A stretch of DNA of 64,000 nucleotides from an uncultured Actinomycetes bacterium (GCA_964631685.1 CAZVZU010000001.1:224001-288000); one strand, 5' to 3'; shown: positions 20,862 through 31,713, numbered from the stretch's first letter. The notes: generated by a model not told the origin, from the sequence alone. A program made the numbers and translations.

Positions 20862-21958
20862 ATGAAAAAAATGACCATAAACTCAGGACAGTCACGCCGC
20901 TTTTTATCGCTGGTGCCGATCCTGAGATAGATACAGAGATTAGAGAGTTAAGTATAAAAGGGATGCTCCGATTTTGCTACAGAGCGGTGCATCCAGGGTA
21001 TTCACGAGAGGACGAGGATCGCATCTTTGGTAGCACCGACAAGCGATCAGCCGTAACTCTTCGGATCACTGACAGACCGTCAAGCCCTACAGATAAAAAG
21101 GGTGATGTTTTCAACAAATACGCTACTTATTTAGGTTATGGCGTAATAATGAGAGATAAGGATAGCAAAAAATTAGAGGCCGTACGGCCTTATTTCAAAG
21201 AAGGTACAACCTTAACGCTTAACTTAATGTTCCACAGTCTCAGCGATAACGAACTCAAAAGCGTAGAGCGATCGCTTTGGGCTTGACTTGTTTTCGGCGG
21301 ACTTGGTGCACGCAGTAGAAGAGGATTTGGCTCACTTGTGGTAGAAAGTATTGCGGGAAATGAGCTTAACGAACTTATATGGAGATTTAATAATATTTGC
21401 CAGTTGACACTCATTTATCAAGGCTATCGCCGACAAACCTTCAGAACAACCCGAATATACATGCTTCGGCAAAGGTTCACAACTGATTGTGATATCTGCT
21501 AAAAACGAGGGAAAGGTCTTAGAGTACATCGGAAAACAAATGTGAAACTATCGCTCTCACAGAGCTAAAAAATACTTTTAAGGTGACCATGACATCGTTG
21601 ATGAATATCTTGCTGACAACATTGAGCCTACTTCCTGCCCAAAGCGGGTAGCATTTGGGCTACCCGCATAATTATCACTTTTCATCATTGGAAAAAAATG
21701 CCTCAATTAATCTTATGGAAGGGGAGTAAAGTAGGCCGACGCTCCAGCCCTCTGTTTTTGCATATTCAAGAGCTGAACAACGGACGGTCATTTATTATAA
21801 TAACCTATCTTCCCGCAAGGTTCTTACCTGAAGATAAGAAGTTGACAATTAGTGGCGGCAGTGAGCCTGCGGAACTGACGTTTGATGATTTTTCCGCAGT
21901 CGAGAGCTTTATGTATAAACTTTCTCAAGAAGCCGATTATGTTTATATCAACGCATAA
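20862..21958 (+). pseudogene. cmr1: Type III-B CRISPR RAMP Cmr1 pseudogene
   Basis: Motifs across frames: RTVTPLFIAGAD, SIKGMLRFCYRA, EDRIFGST, LWA*LVFGGLGARSRRGFGSL, PEYTCF, DHD, KRVAFGLP/HNY, GRRSSPL; in-frame TGA at 21284 and ~21542 plus several frameshifts. Confidence 0.88.
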
Positions 21959-22136
21959 CGTCTTAAGAAGTCCGTATAAATACCCAACATCTATATAACC
22001 AATTACTAAAAAACCATAGCCATCCTACATCTCTATTTTAATTTTAATTAGATAGCTACAGATGATAAAAGATGCGATCTTAAAAGTACCGGCAACGTTA
22101 TAAAACCGTCCAAGAGGACTTCCATCAAGATTGAGT

Positions 22137-22212
22137 TGGTGGAGGGTATGGGACTCGAACCCACGACCTACGCCATGCGAAGGCGTCGCTCTACCAACTG
22201 GGCTAACCCCCC
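22137..22212 (-). tRNA. tRNA-Ala(CGC)
   Basis: Reverse complement GGGGGGTTAGCCCAGTTGGTAGAGCGACGCCTT-CGC-ATGGCGTAGGTCGTGGGTTCGAGTCCCATACCCTCCACCA forms a cloverleaf with G3.U70 Ala identity and encoded CCA. Confidence 0.95.
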
Positions 22213-22568
22213 CCACTTTAAAAAGCTCAACAAATCAAGTGTTATTATCTCAAAAAATACCTATAAATGCAAATACTAAAAATATTTTAATCCAATATAA
22301 TATTAGGATTATTATAATAAAATGTTCTAAAGATATATTAAAATTAGATTTTATTGCGGATTTGACTTTTTATATTATAAGGATAAAATAAAGAAAGATG
22401 CTAAGGAGGGCGTGGCTTTTGCGCTTTACAGGGTAGAGATATTCAAAAAATATTAAGGAGGTGATTAGAGAAGAATATAGAGCATCTAATGCCGCTGCTC
22501 AGGATAAAATTAAATTTTTAATAGAATGAGACATATGTCGATTGTCAATAAAGAGGAGGATTGTTGCA

Positions 22569-24026
22569 ATGAGTGAATCACTGTCGTTAAAACAAAGAAT
22601 TAAATCTACTGTCGTAAAAAACACACTTTATCTGGCAGGTAATTATATAGCACCGAAATTAAGAGATGAGACAATAGTTAAGATTTCCGATAAATTAAGC
22701 AACTTTAAGGCTCCTGCAGGAAAGATTTTTTTTGACCACATCTTTGTAAATCTAAAAAGAAGATTACCCCATCTTTCCAAGGGTGTCAAAAAGGGGATAT
22801 TGGATAATTTTATCTCCAATTTTTTAATTTTAAGCGGGGAAAGGAGGAGAGAGTTTATTGAGAAAAATGGATTTTATCCACCACTTTTTTATGTCATTAG
22901 CCCAACAATGCATTGCAATTTAAAATGCTATGGATGCTATTCCGCAAACTACGAAAGAAAAGATATGCTTTCATACGAAAAGATTAACCAGATCATCGAC
23001 GAAGGTAAAAAGTTCGGGATATTTTTCTATACATTTTCCGGAGGAGAGCCTTTTATTAGAAAAGATCTTATAGATATAATCGAAAAAAATAACGACTGCT
23101 ATTTTCAAATATATACAAACGGTTCATTAATCGACGGTAGGATGGCTGAGAAAATAGCTAATATAGGCAATGTGTTTCCTTGCATAAGTGTTGAGGGTTT
23201 TGAAAAGGAAACAGACGAAAGGAGGGGAAAGGGGCACTTTAAGAAGGTTCTCTCGGCAATGAATTATCTGAAGGATAATGGAGTACTTTTTGGATTTTCG
23301 GCAACGGCCACTAGATTCAACAACGATGTTATAGTAAGCGATGAATTTATAGATTTTTATATAAAACAAGGTTGTTTTCTCGGATGGTATTTTAATTATA
23401 TACCTATCGGCCGTGAACCCGATGTTAGCCTCATGCCTACGCCAGAACAACGAAATTATAGAAGAAAAAGAATAGCGACAATAAGGGAAATTAAACCTAT
23501 CGTAGTTGCAGATTTCTGGAATGACGGCATACTCTCGCACGGATGTCTTTCAGGCGGCAGGGTTTATCTCCACATAAATGCGAATGGCGGTGTTGAGCCT
23601 TGTGTGTTTGCCCAATTTGCTGCCGACAATATATTCGATAAATCAATGGAAGATATCCTTAATTCTATGTACTTCAAATCCATCAGGAGAGAGCAAATGG
23701 GCGTCAATAATAGGCTTCGCCCATGCATGATAATAGACCATCCTAAAATATTACGCAAGGTCGTAGCCGAAGGTGGAGCAAAAGCCACGCAAGAAGGCGG
23801 CGATTCCATTATAACGACACTCAAGGATGAAATGGATGAATATTCGCGGAGCTATGGAAAAATTGCCGACCGCACTTGGGAAGAAGAGTTTGGCAAAGGC
23901 AAATTTTTTTATAACTACGATGGCAAAAAGATCGAGCTGAATGAGGAAGAGTACTATAGAAGGAGTTTTTACCCTTTAAGTGGTGGTAAAAATTTAAAGA
24001 AACAAAATAAGAGGACACATTATTAG
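22569..24026 (+). CDS. Radical SAM/SPASM-twitch domain protein
   Basis: SPTMHCNLKCYGCY, SGGEPF, YTNG, DFWNDG..GCLSGGR.Y.HINA.G.VEPCVF; ATG at 22569 follows GAGGAGG. Confidence 0.88.
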   Translation: MSESLSLKQRIKSTVVKNTLYLAGNYIAPKLRDETIVKISDKLSNFKAPAGKIFFDHIFVNLKRRLPHLSKGVKKGILDNFISNFLILSGERRREFIEKNGFYPPLFYVISPTMHCNLKCYGCYSANYERKDMLSYEKINQIIDEGKKFGIFFYTFSGGEPFIRKDLIDIIEKNNDCYFQIYTNGSLIDGRMAEKIANIGNVFPCISVEGFEKETDERRGKGHFKKVLSAMNYLKDNGVLFGFSATATRFNNDVIVSDEFIDFYIKQGCFLGWYFNYIPIGREPDVSLMPTPEQRNYRRKRIATIREIKPIVVADFWNDGILSHGCLSGGRVYLHINANGGVEPCVFAQFAADNIFDKSMEDILNSMYFKSIRREQMGVNNRLRPCMIIDHPKILRKVVAEGGAKATQEGGDSIITTLKDEMDEYSRSYGKIADRTWEEEFGKGKFFYNYDGKKIELNEEEYYRRSFYPLSGGKNLKKQNKRTHY

Positions 24027-24047
24027 ATAAGAGTATATGCTATCATG

Positions 24048-24102
24048 TAGCCAGCGTACTTGCGCGTGTTTACTCGCGCAAGTACGCTGGCTATTTTTGT
24101 TT
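24048..24102 (+). terminator. Rho-independent terminator with a long stem
   Basis: Perfect 19-bp inverted repeat TAGCCAGCGTACTTGCGCG/CGCGCAAGTACGCTGGCTA followed by TTTTTGTTT. Confidence 0.8.
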
Positions 24103-24138
24103 AGCTTAGAAATATTTTTTATACTATAATAAAAACAT

Positions 24139-26256
24139 ATGATTGCAGATGTGGTTATCCCTAAAACAGGAACTAATATTAAATTTAGTTATACAATACC
24201 CAAAATTTTTGAGGAAGTGGCAGATATCGGCATGGCCGTTTTAGTGCCCTTCAAAAATACACTTCTTTACGGCTATATATACGATATTAAAAACTCGCTT
24301 GACGTAGCCGGATTAAAAAAAATCAAATTAAAAGAAATACACCAGCTTTCAAAAGCATCTTTTTTTAAGGAAATCCATAAAGATTTATATAACTTTTTGT
24401 CCTCATATTACCATGAAAATATCTCAAGGGTCTTGGAAACTACATTGCCGTCTATTGGCGTAAAACATTTTAATCTTTTAGACAAATATTACGAAGAAGC
24501 ACAAAGTGCAAGTAATAATCAAAACCCGGAACCGACAAATATTATTTCCGATATCCCCTACAAGCTTACAAATAATCAGATAGATGCGGCTAAAGCAATT
24601 AAAATTGCAATGAAAAACGGCATATATAAAACATTTTTACTTCATGGCGTTACGGCAAGCGGAAAAACAGAAATTTATTTTAATTTATTAGAATTTGCTT
24701 TAAGTTTAAATAAGCAAATAGTTATAATTGTTCCAGAAATATTCATCACAAATCAATTTATTTATTTGATAAAAAATAGATTCAAAGGATTACTACAGCA
24801 AAATAAATTTGCAATATTTCATAGTAAAATTTCCAAAAAAGAGAAATTAGTTAATTGGTTTAGGATAATAAATGGAGATGTTCAATTAATTTTAGGGGCA
24901 AGATCAGCTATATTTGCCCCCTTAAAAAATGCAGGGCTCGTGATAGTAGACGAGGAACATGACGGCTCATATAAACAACAGTCGGGTCTTTTATATAATG
25001 CAAGAGATACTGCGGTTATGATTGCTAAAAAAGCCTCTGCCGTTTGCGTTTTGGGTTCAGCAACCCCTGCATTGGAATCATATTACAATGCAAAGGTGCT
25101 TCATAAATATGAATATATTCATATTAAAAGTAGAGTAAAAGGCCATCTTATGCCGATTGTAAAATTAATAGACTTGAAGAAAGAATTTAAAAATTCAGCC
25201 AAAACCGAGTTTAAAGATAAAATTTTATCCAGTAAATCGATAGGATTTATAAGAGATAATCTGAAACAGAATAGGCAAGCGTTACTTTTCTTAAACAGAA
25301 AAGGGTTTTCCACATTTCTGATATGCACATCATGCGGACATCACTTTTTTTGTAAAAAATGCGCCATTTCGTTGGTCTATCACAAAAAACAAAATACAAC
25401 AACTAACGAAAATGGATTTTTGAAATGTCATTACTGCAATTATCAGGAAAACGTTCCTAAAGCATGCCCTGAATGCGGTAGTGAAAATATTGAACCGTAC
25501 GGGGTCGGAGTTCAGAAATTAGAAGATAATGTCAGGTTATTATTTAATGATAATACTGCTAAAATTGAAAGGGTTGACTCTGATATTGTAAAAAGCCAGA
25601 AAAAGGGGGCAGAAATATTCAAAAAAATGCAAAAGAAAGAAATTGATATACTTATCGGGACACAACTTATCACTAAAGGTCATGATTTTCCGAATGTCGG
25701 ACTTGTTGTTGTAATACTAGCTGACGGTTTATTGAACATCCCCGATTTTAGAAGCGCCGAGAAAGCATTTCAGGTGTTAATGCAAGTTTCGGGAAGAGCA
25801 GGTAGAGGCGATCACCGCGGAGATGTAATAATACAAACATTCATAGTTAATAACTATATATTAAATTTTGCCATCGATCATGATATTATAGGCTTTTACG
25901 AAAAAGAACTTGAAATACGGGAAGAATATGGCTATCCTCCATACTCTAAAATAGCGGCAATAAGATTAATAGATAAAAACCTTGATAAGCTCAGAAAAAC
26001 ATCGCAAGATTTACGAAATATTGTTGATAAAATAATTAAATTAAATGGATTTGAAAATATATCCGTATTGGGTCCGTCTCCGTGTCCAATTGAAAAAATA
26101 GATAATAATTTTAGATACCAGTCAATATTAAAATCTCGCGGCAAAATGTCTGATCTACATAAATTGATAAGCATGTTAAAGCAAGATTTACAATTGTCAA
26201 AATACTTTATAACTCAAAAAATCATTATAGATATTGACCCTGATGTTCTTATGTGA
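24139..26256 (+). CDS. priA: Primosomal protein N'
   Basis: LHGVTASGKTEIY, VDEEHD.SYKQ, LGSATP, LNRKGF, four CxxC, KGHDFP, QVSGRAGR. Confidence 0.95.
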   Translation: MIADVVIPKTGTNIKFSYTIPKIFEEVADIGMAVLVPFKNTLLYGYIYDIKNSLDVAGLKKIKLKEIHQLSKASFFKEIHKDLYNFLSSYYHENISRVLETTLPSIGVKHFNLLDKYYEEAQSASNNQNPEPTNIISDIPYKLTNNQIDAAKAIKIAMKNGIYKTFLLHGVTASGKTEIYFNLLEFALSLNKQIVIIVPEIFITNQFIYLIKNRFKGLLQQNKFAIFHSKISKKEKLVNWFRIINGDVQLILGARSAIFAPLKNAGLVIVDEEHDGSYKQQSGLLYNARDTAVMIAKKASAVCVLGSATPALESYYNAKVLHKYEYIHIKSRVKGHLMPIVKLIDLKKEFKNSAKTEFKDKILSSKSIGFIRDNLKQNRQALLFLNRKGFSTFLICTSCGHHFFCKKCAISLVYHKKQNTTTNENGFLKCHYCNYQENVPKACPECGSENIEPYGVGVQKLEDNVRLLFNDNTAKIERVDSDIVKSQKKGAEIFKKMQKKEIDILIGTQLITKGHDFPNVGLVVVILADGLLNIPDFRSAEKAFQVLMQVSGRAGRGDHRGDVIIQTFIVNNYILNFAIDHDIIGFYEKELEIREEYGYPPYSKIAAIRLIDKNLDKLRKTSQDLRNIVDKIIKLNGFENISVLGPSPCPIEKIDNNFRYQSILKSRGKMSDLHKLISMLKQDLQLSKYFITQKIIIDIDPDVLM

Positions 26257-26320
26257 TAAACTAAGGGCTTAGGTTGAGTGTTTTTCAGATTTTAGTTGGT
26301 TAATTTTAATGAGGTTACTT

Positions 26321-26605
26321 ATGAATAAAGCTGAATTTGTCGAAAAATTTGCTAAAAAAAATAATATTTCTATTAAGGTATCAGGCGTAATAGTGGACAC
26401 AATAGTGGATACGATAAAAGAAGCTTTAATTCAAAGAAAAAGAGTTGAGATAAGAGGTTTTGGAAGCTTTTGTATTAAAGAATATGGTGCATACATGGGT
26501 AGAAATCCTAAGACCGGAGAGATTATCAATGTTCAAGATAAATTAGCTCCTTTTTTTAAAATGAGCAAGGTTTACAAAAATAATCTCATTAAGGAGAACA
26601 GTTAA
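26321..26605 (+). CDS. ihfB: Integration host factor beta / HU-family protein
   Basis: RVEIRGFGSF...YMGRNPKTGE...PFFK. Confidence 0.8.
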   Translation: MNKAEFVEKFAKKNNISIKVSGVIVDTIVDTIKEALIQRKRVEIRGFGSFCIKEYGAYMGRNPKTGEIINVQDKLAPFFKMSKVYKNNLIKENS

Positions 26606-26624
26606 TTATTTTATAAAACCAATT

Positions 26625-28028
26625 ATGGAAGGTGTCAAGAAAAAGAGGTTTTTCGTAAAAACTTACGGTTGTCAAATGAATTTCCATGATTCCGGTTTAA
26701 TCGAAGATGGCCTTTTAAAGAATGGGTTCAGTAAGGCAATATCTCCCGACAGTGCCGATATTGTTATCCTTAATACATGTAGCGTCCGAGACCGCGCAGA
26801 ACATAAAATTGCTTCAGCGGTAGGCAGGCTAAACAAAAACACGAAAATTGTTCTCGCAGGTTGCTTTGCAAAGCATATTAAACTAAAAAAGGAAAATAAA
26901 ATAGATGACAGCAGTACAAACATTCCGATAGATTACTGTTTTGCACCGGACGAGATATTGTCCATTCCGGATGTCCTTGCCAATGATTTGAAAAAGGACC
27001 ATGCCCGCAACATAAATGACAAGAAAATTGAGCCCGTCACAACGGACAATTACCAAAATTTTCATTTAGTCGAAGATTATTTTTATAATAAAAGCGTAAA
27101 CAGCGATACTGCAACGATCAAAATTATAGAAGGTTGCAATAATTTTTGTTCTTACTGCATCGTTCCATTCGTCAGAGGCAGAGAAAGATCTATACCCTTG
27201 GACATAATATGTAATACCGCACAAATATATGCAAACAAAGGTATAAGCGAAATTCTTCTTCTAGGCCAAAATGTTAACTCATATTTATCACCAGAGTCTG
27301 ATAACAGTAAAAAAAACTTTTCCTATATGCTTGAGACTTTAACAAAAATAGATGGTATAAAAAAGATAAAATTTTTAACATCCCATCCTAAGGATTTCAA
27401 TGACGAATTAATAGAATTAATTTGCAAAAATGAGAAGGTTTCGAAAAGTATACATCTGCCGGTTCAGTCAGGTTCCGACAAGATACTGTCCGCCATGAAT
27501 AGAGGCTACACGAGACGAGATTATTTAAGGCTTATAGAAAAACTTAGAAAAGGATATCCTGACATTGTATTTTCCACAGATATAATAGTCGGTTTTCCAA
27601 CGGAAAACGAAGAGGATATAGATATGACACTTTCTCTGTTAGACGAGGTAAAATTTGATTTTATATTCGGATTTAAATATTCTCCAAGGCCTTTTACGAA
27701 ATCTTTCAAAATTCAGGACGATGTTGTTTCTGAGAAAAAAAAAGAAAGACTTGAAAAAGTTTTTAAGAAACAGAGGGGTATCTTTGGTTCCATTTTAAAC
27801 GAATTGAAAGATACACAGGTTAATGTTACAATCTCTAAAATAGATGAAGAAAAAAATTCCTCGGAATTCAAAAAAGGTATCCGCTTTAAAGGAGAAGGGT
27901 TGAACGAAAGAACAATATATATTATCAATAAAAACGAATACACAAATTTGATAATCGGGGATAAAAGAAGGGTAGTAATTACATATGTCGAAAATAATAG
28001 GCTTTATGGTGAGGTTCTAATAAAATGA
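26625..28028 (+). CDS. miaB: tRNA methylthiotransferase MiaB
   Basis: KTYGCQMN..DS, NTCSVR..AE, EGCNNFCSYCIVP..RG.ERS, LGQNVNSY, HLPVQSGS. Confidence 0.93.
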   Translation: MEGVKKKRFFVKTYGCQMNFHDSGLIEDGLLKNGFSKAISPDSADIVILNTCSVRDRAEHKIASAVGRLNKNTKIVLAGCFAKHIKLKKENKIDDSSTNIPIDYCFAPDEILSIPDVLANDLKKDHARNINDKKIEPVTTDNYQNFHLVEDYFYNKSVNSDTATIKIIEGCNNFCSYCIVPFVRGRERSIPLDIICNTAQIYANKGISEILLLGQNVNSYLSPESDNSKKNFSYMLETLTKIDGIKKIKFLTSHPKDFNDELIELICKNEKVSKSIHLPVQSGSDKILSAMNRGYTRRDYLRLIEKLRKGYPDIVFSTDIIVGFPTENEEDIDMTLSLLDEVKFDFIFGFKYSPRPFTKSFKIQDDVVSEKKKERLEKVFKKQRGIFGSILNELKDTQVNVTISKIDEEKNSSEFKKGIRFKGEGLNERTIYIINKNEYTNLIIGDKRRVVITYVENNRLYGEVLIK

Positions 28029-28708
28029 TAGCTGATTTTCACACTCATACTACGTTTTCAGACGGAGAGCTTGTTCCTGCAGAATTGATTAGAAGGGCTA
28101 TTTATGCCGGAATAGAAGTCATTGCAATAACAGATCATGCCGATTTTTCTAGCATAGAGTTTAATTTATCTAGCATTAAAAAAATTTGTGAAAAAATAAA
28201 TGCCTTATATGGTGATAATGGTAAATTCAAGGTATTGCCTGGCGTGGAAATAACCCACATTCCCCCAGCGCTTATAAAAAACGCAGTCAGTCTTGCAAGA
28301 AGGTGCGGTGCATCCATTGTTATAGTCCATGGGGAAACACTAGTTGAACCAGTCGAAAAAGGAACAAATTTGGCGGCATTGAACGAGGATATTGATATAC
28401 TGGCTCACCCAGGTTTAATTACGGAGGAGGATGCCTTACTTGCAAAAAAAAACGGCATCTATTTAGAACTTTCATATAGAAAAGGACACTGTCTGTCAAA
28501 TGGCCATGTGAAAGATATCGCAAAAAGAGTAGGGGCTCAACTTATTATATCAAGCGATGCACATTCGCCTTCTGATATTTTAGACGAAACAAAATATAAA
28601 AATGTCGGGTTAGGGGCAGGGTTGACTTACTCAGAGATTAATAAAATAAAAGAAAATGCAAAAATTATCGCAATGCAAGCTTTTCAAAAGCATGCTTGTA
28701 TAAACTAA
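28025..28708 (+). CDS. PHP-domain (histidinol phosphatase-like) protein
   Basis: DFHTHT..SDG, ITDHAD, GVEITH, VHGET, LAHPG, SDAH. Confidence 0.88.
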   Translation: MIADFHTHTTFSDGELVPAELIRRAIYAGIEVIAITDHADFSSIEFNLSSIKKICEKINALYGDNGKFKVLPGVEITHIPPALIKNAVSLARRCGASIVIVHGETLVEPVEKGTNLAALNEDIDILAHPGLITEEDALLAKKNGIYLELSYRKGHCLSNGHVKDIAKRVGAQLIISSDAHSPSDILDETKYKNVGLGAGLTYSEINKIKENAKIIAMQAFQKHACIN

Positions 28709-28744
28709 CAATTAGATACAAGTAAAGATGAGGGACAAGACAAA

Positions 28745-29401
28745 ATGGACAAGATAGATTTTGAAGGATTTTTAGTTAAAAATAAGGTGTTATTAACAGT
28801 AGGTATTGTAGCTATTGTCATACTTATCGGTTCAATTTTTGCTTATAGATACTATGAGTTTAGAATGAATACATCTGCTAATACATTGTTGTGGAAAGGG
28901 ATAAAATCCTATATGTCCCTCAACGGCAAAAACCAAAAAATGTCTGCCGAATCTTCTATTGTCTATCTTAAAAAAATTAAGAGCAAGTACAAGGGAACCA
29001 ATGCATATAAGATTGCCAATTTTTACTTAGGATTGGACTATAGAAAGATTGGCAAATTAAATAAATCTATAGTTTATTTGTCCGAATATACTAAAATGTA
29101 TCCCAAACCCAATTCAAGCAATCTATCTTATTTGGCATATAGCAATATGGCAGATATTGCAATGATCGAAAAGAATTATAAGAATGCCGTTAAGTATTTC
29201 TCAGAGATGACCAAAATAGATAGCATTAGGTTGCAAGAACATGCACTTCTAAGAGAGGCCTACCTTTACACTCAAATCAAAGAACAAAAAAAGGCTATAG
29301 CAATTTATAAAGCTATACTGACTAATGATGCTATCACCAAAGACAGGGGGTATATTGAAAATCTTATACAGCTTAATTCATATAAATTAAAAAAACAATA
29401 G
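28745..29401 (+). CDS. YfgM-like membrane-anchored TPR protein
   Basis: N-terminal TM followed by TPR-like helices. Confidence 0.7.
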   Translation: MDKIDFEGFLVKNKVLLTVGIVAIVILIGSIFAYRYYEFRMNTSANTLLWKGIKSYMSLNGKNQKMSAESSIVYLKKIKSKYKGTNAYKIANFYLGLDYRKIGKLNKSIVYLSEYTKMYPKPNSSNLSYLAYSNMADIAMIEKNYKNAVKYFSEMTKIDSIRLQEHALLREAYLYTQIKEQKKAIAIYKAILTNDAITKDRGYIENLIQLNSYKLKKQ

Positions 29402-29439
29402 TGGTGTGCTAAGTACATAATTTTCGATAGGCAAAAAAA

Positions 29440-31713
29440 ATGAGTCCTATAAATTTGATATTTTTATGGCATTTTCATCAACCCTATTATAAGGATAATT
29501 ACACAAAAGAGATATTAATGCCATGGACAAGGCTTCATGCTACTAAGGATTACTATTTCATGGGTGCTGTCCTTAAAAATTTCCCAAAAATACACGCTAC
29601 ATTTAATTACTCACCTTCATTGCTAACTCAATTAGACGGATATATAAATAACTACAAAGGTGCAATAGACAAGGAGAGATTTTTAAATATTTCAGACAAA
29701 AAAATCAATGAATTATCAAGAAATGATAAGTCATTCATTCTAAGGAAATTCTTTCCGGCATGCTCATCTAGCAATAATTTTTTAGAAAAAAGCGTCCGAT
29801 TCAAACAACTACACCAAAGATTACAAGACAATAAAGAAAAAATTGAATTATTTAATCCTCAAGATTACATAGATATAATTGTTTTATTTAACATGTCATG
29901 GATAGATCCTGTTTCAATAAATTCGGATAATTTTTTAGCAGAACTTAGAGATAAGGATAAAAATTTCACAGAATTAGAAAAACATAGATTAATAAACGAA
30001 AATATACCGACTATATTAAATAAGATATTCCCTTTATTGAAGGAGTTATCTGGTAGCGGTCAAATTGAGCTTTCAGCAAGCCCCTTCTATCACCCCATAT
30101 TGCCCCTTCTGTGCGATACTGATGTTGCAAGCTTCCACTTTAATAAAAATACACAACTTCCAAAACCCTTCAAACATCCTGAAGACGCTAATTATCAAAT
30201 TAAAAGTGCGATAAATTATTTCAAGAAAAAATTAAATTATAGCGTAAACGGAATGTGGCCGTCTGAGGGAAGCGTCAGCGAAAAAACTCTAAAACTTTTA
30301 ATTGACAACAATATTAAATGGGTAGCAACAGATGAAGATATACTTTCTAACTCCATAGGTGTTGATTTTTCAAACTTAAACAAAAGAAAACTTCTCTATA
30401 TGCCCTATGCAGTTAAAAGAGATAACGGATACTTATATATGTTTTTTAGGGACAGAATGCTTTCAGATTTAATCGGCTTTAAATACTCCAACTATGCACC
30501 TAAGACGGCTGCTAATGATTTAATTAATAACCTTAAGAATATATCTATAAGTGTACAAAATAACAACAAAAACGGTCTTTCAGTAGCATCTATAATATTA
30601 GACGGAGAAAATGCTTGGGAATATTATAAAAATAATGGATATGATTTTTTTAATTATCTTTATGAAGGGTTATCTAATAACACAGAAATTGTAAATACCG
30701 TTACGATTAGTGATTACATAAGAAAGGTAGAAAAAACATTAAACATAGCTAATGAAACAGCGGTAGGGCATGCTAAAACTTATAAATTTTTTGATATTAA
30801 ATGGAAAACCCAACAAACTTTAGATTCCTCTAAAATTTATAATATCCCCACTGTTTATCCCGGATCGTGGATTAATCACGATTTCAGAATATGGATAGGG
30901 GATAAGGAGGACAATAAGGCATGGAATTTACTCTCAAAAACGAGAGATTATCTTATGAGTAAAATGCATCAGTTCACATTAAAAGATGAAAGGTTCAGGT
31001 TGGCATGGGAACAAATTTATATAGCCGAGGGAAGCGACTATAATTGGTGGTATGGCGAAGATAGAACATCTGGAATAGACGAGGAATACGACCGATTATA
31101 CAGATCGCACCTTATAAATGTCTATAAATTTTTGAATGAAGAAAATCCACCCGACGATTACTATATCCCTATAATAGAGAGAAAGCGGGCAATTAAACCA
31201 ATGTTTGCTATAGTATCCTTTATTAATCCTAAAATTGACGGTGTTGTGGATAATTATTTTGAGTGGCTTGGAAGTGCGGTTTATTTTCCTAGCGTTTTGG
31301 CTGGAAAAGCAATGGCGCATACCGATAGATTTATAAGAAAACTCTTATATGGATTTAATGAGACAACTTTTTTTATGAGATTTGATTTTCTAAAAAGGAA
31401 AACCATTGAGCTAGAAGATAAAATATTAAAGATAGAATTCATCAATCCGGATAAATTTACGATAAACATAGAACTCAACAGAAAAGATTTATCTGATTCG
31501 CTAAAAGAGAACGGCATAAAAGCTGTGTTTAAAAATGTTTTAGAAATATCCGTACCAATTTCGGTTGTTAAATCAAGTAACTTAATAGATTTCTATATAA
31601 CTTTAACTTACAAGCATAATGCCATTACGGAAATAGAGCGTTTCCCTGTAGAAGGTTATTTTGAAACTACAATACCGGGTAAAAATTTTGAAATAATCAA
31701 TTGGCTTGTGTGA
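29440..31713 (+). CDS. Glycoside hydrolase family 57 (amylopullulanase-like)
   Basis: WHFHQPYY, PWTRLHATKDY, PFYHPILPLL, WPSEG, LDGENAWEYY, AEGSDYNWW. Confidence 0.92.
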   Translation: MSPINLIFLWHFHQPYYKDNYTKEILMPWTRLHATKDYYFMGAVLKNFPKIHATFNYSPSLLTQLDGYINNYKGAIDKERFLNISDKKINELSRNDKSFILRKFFPACSSSNNFLEKSVRFKQLHQRLQDNKEKIELFNPQDYIDIIVLFNMSWIDPVSINSDNFLAELRDKDKNFTELEKHRLINENIPTILNKIFPLLKELSGSGQIELSASPFYHPILPLLCDTDVASFHFNKNTQLPKPFKHPEDANYQIKSAINYFKKKLNYSVNGMWPSEGSVSEKTLKLLIDNNIKWVATDEDILSNSIGVDFSNLNKRKLLYMPYAVKRDNGYLYMFFRDRMLSDLIGFKYSNYAPKTAANDLINNLKNISISVQNNNKNGLSVASIILDGENAWEYYKNNGYDFFNYLYEGLSNNTEIVNTVTISDYIRKVEKTLNIANETAVGHAKTYKFFDIKWKTQQTLDSSKIYNIPTVYPGSWINHDFRIWIGDKEDNKAWNLLSKTRDYLMSKMHQFTLKDERFRLAWEQIYIAEGSDYNWWYGEDRTSGIDEEYDRLYRSHLINVYKFLNEENPPDDYYIPIIERKRAIKPMFAIVSFINPKIDGVVDNYFEWLGSAVYFPSVLAGKAMAHTDRFIRKLLYGFNETTFFMRFDFLKRKTIELEDKILKIEFINPDKFTINIELNRKDLSDSLKENGIKAVFKNVLEISVPISVVKSSNLIDFYITLTYKHNAITEIERFPVEGYFETTIPGKNFEIINWLV

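Noticed and set aside
21284..21286. TGA readthrough (Trp/Sec recoding) in cmr1
   Set aside because: TGA ends normal genes in this window (e.g. hemL, priA) and cmr1 also has frameshifts, so it is a pseudogene
20963..21286. Independent 107-aa and 86-aa (21698-21958) genes
   Set aside because: Both are fragments of the single cmr1 pseudogene
21959..22136. Possible CRISPR repeat or mini-array beside cmr1
   Set aside because: No repeated 28-40 bp unit is visible by eye
22025..22391. ORFs 22025-22216 and 22131-22391
   Set aside because: Shadow ORFs overlapping the tRNA-Ala gene
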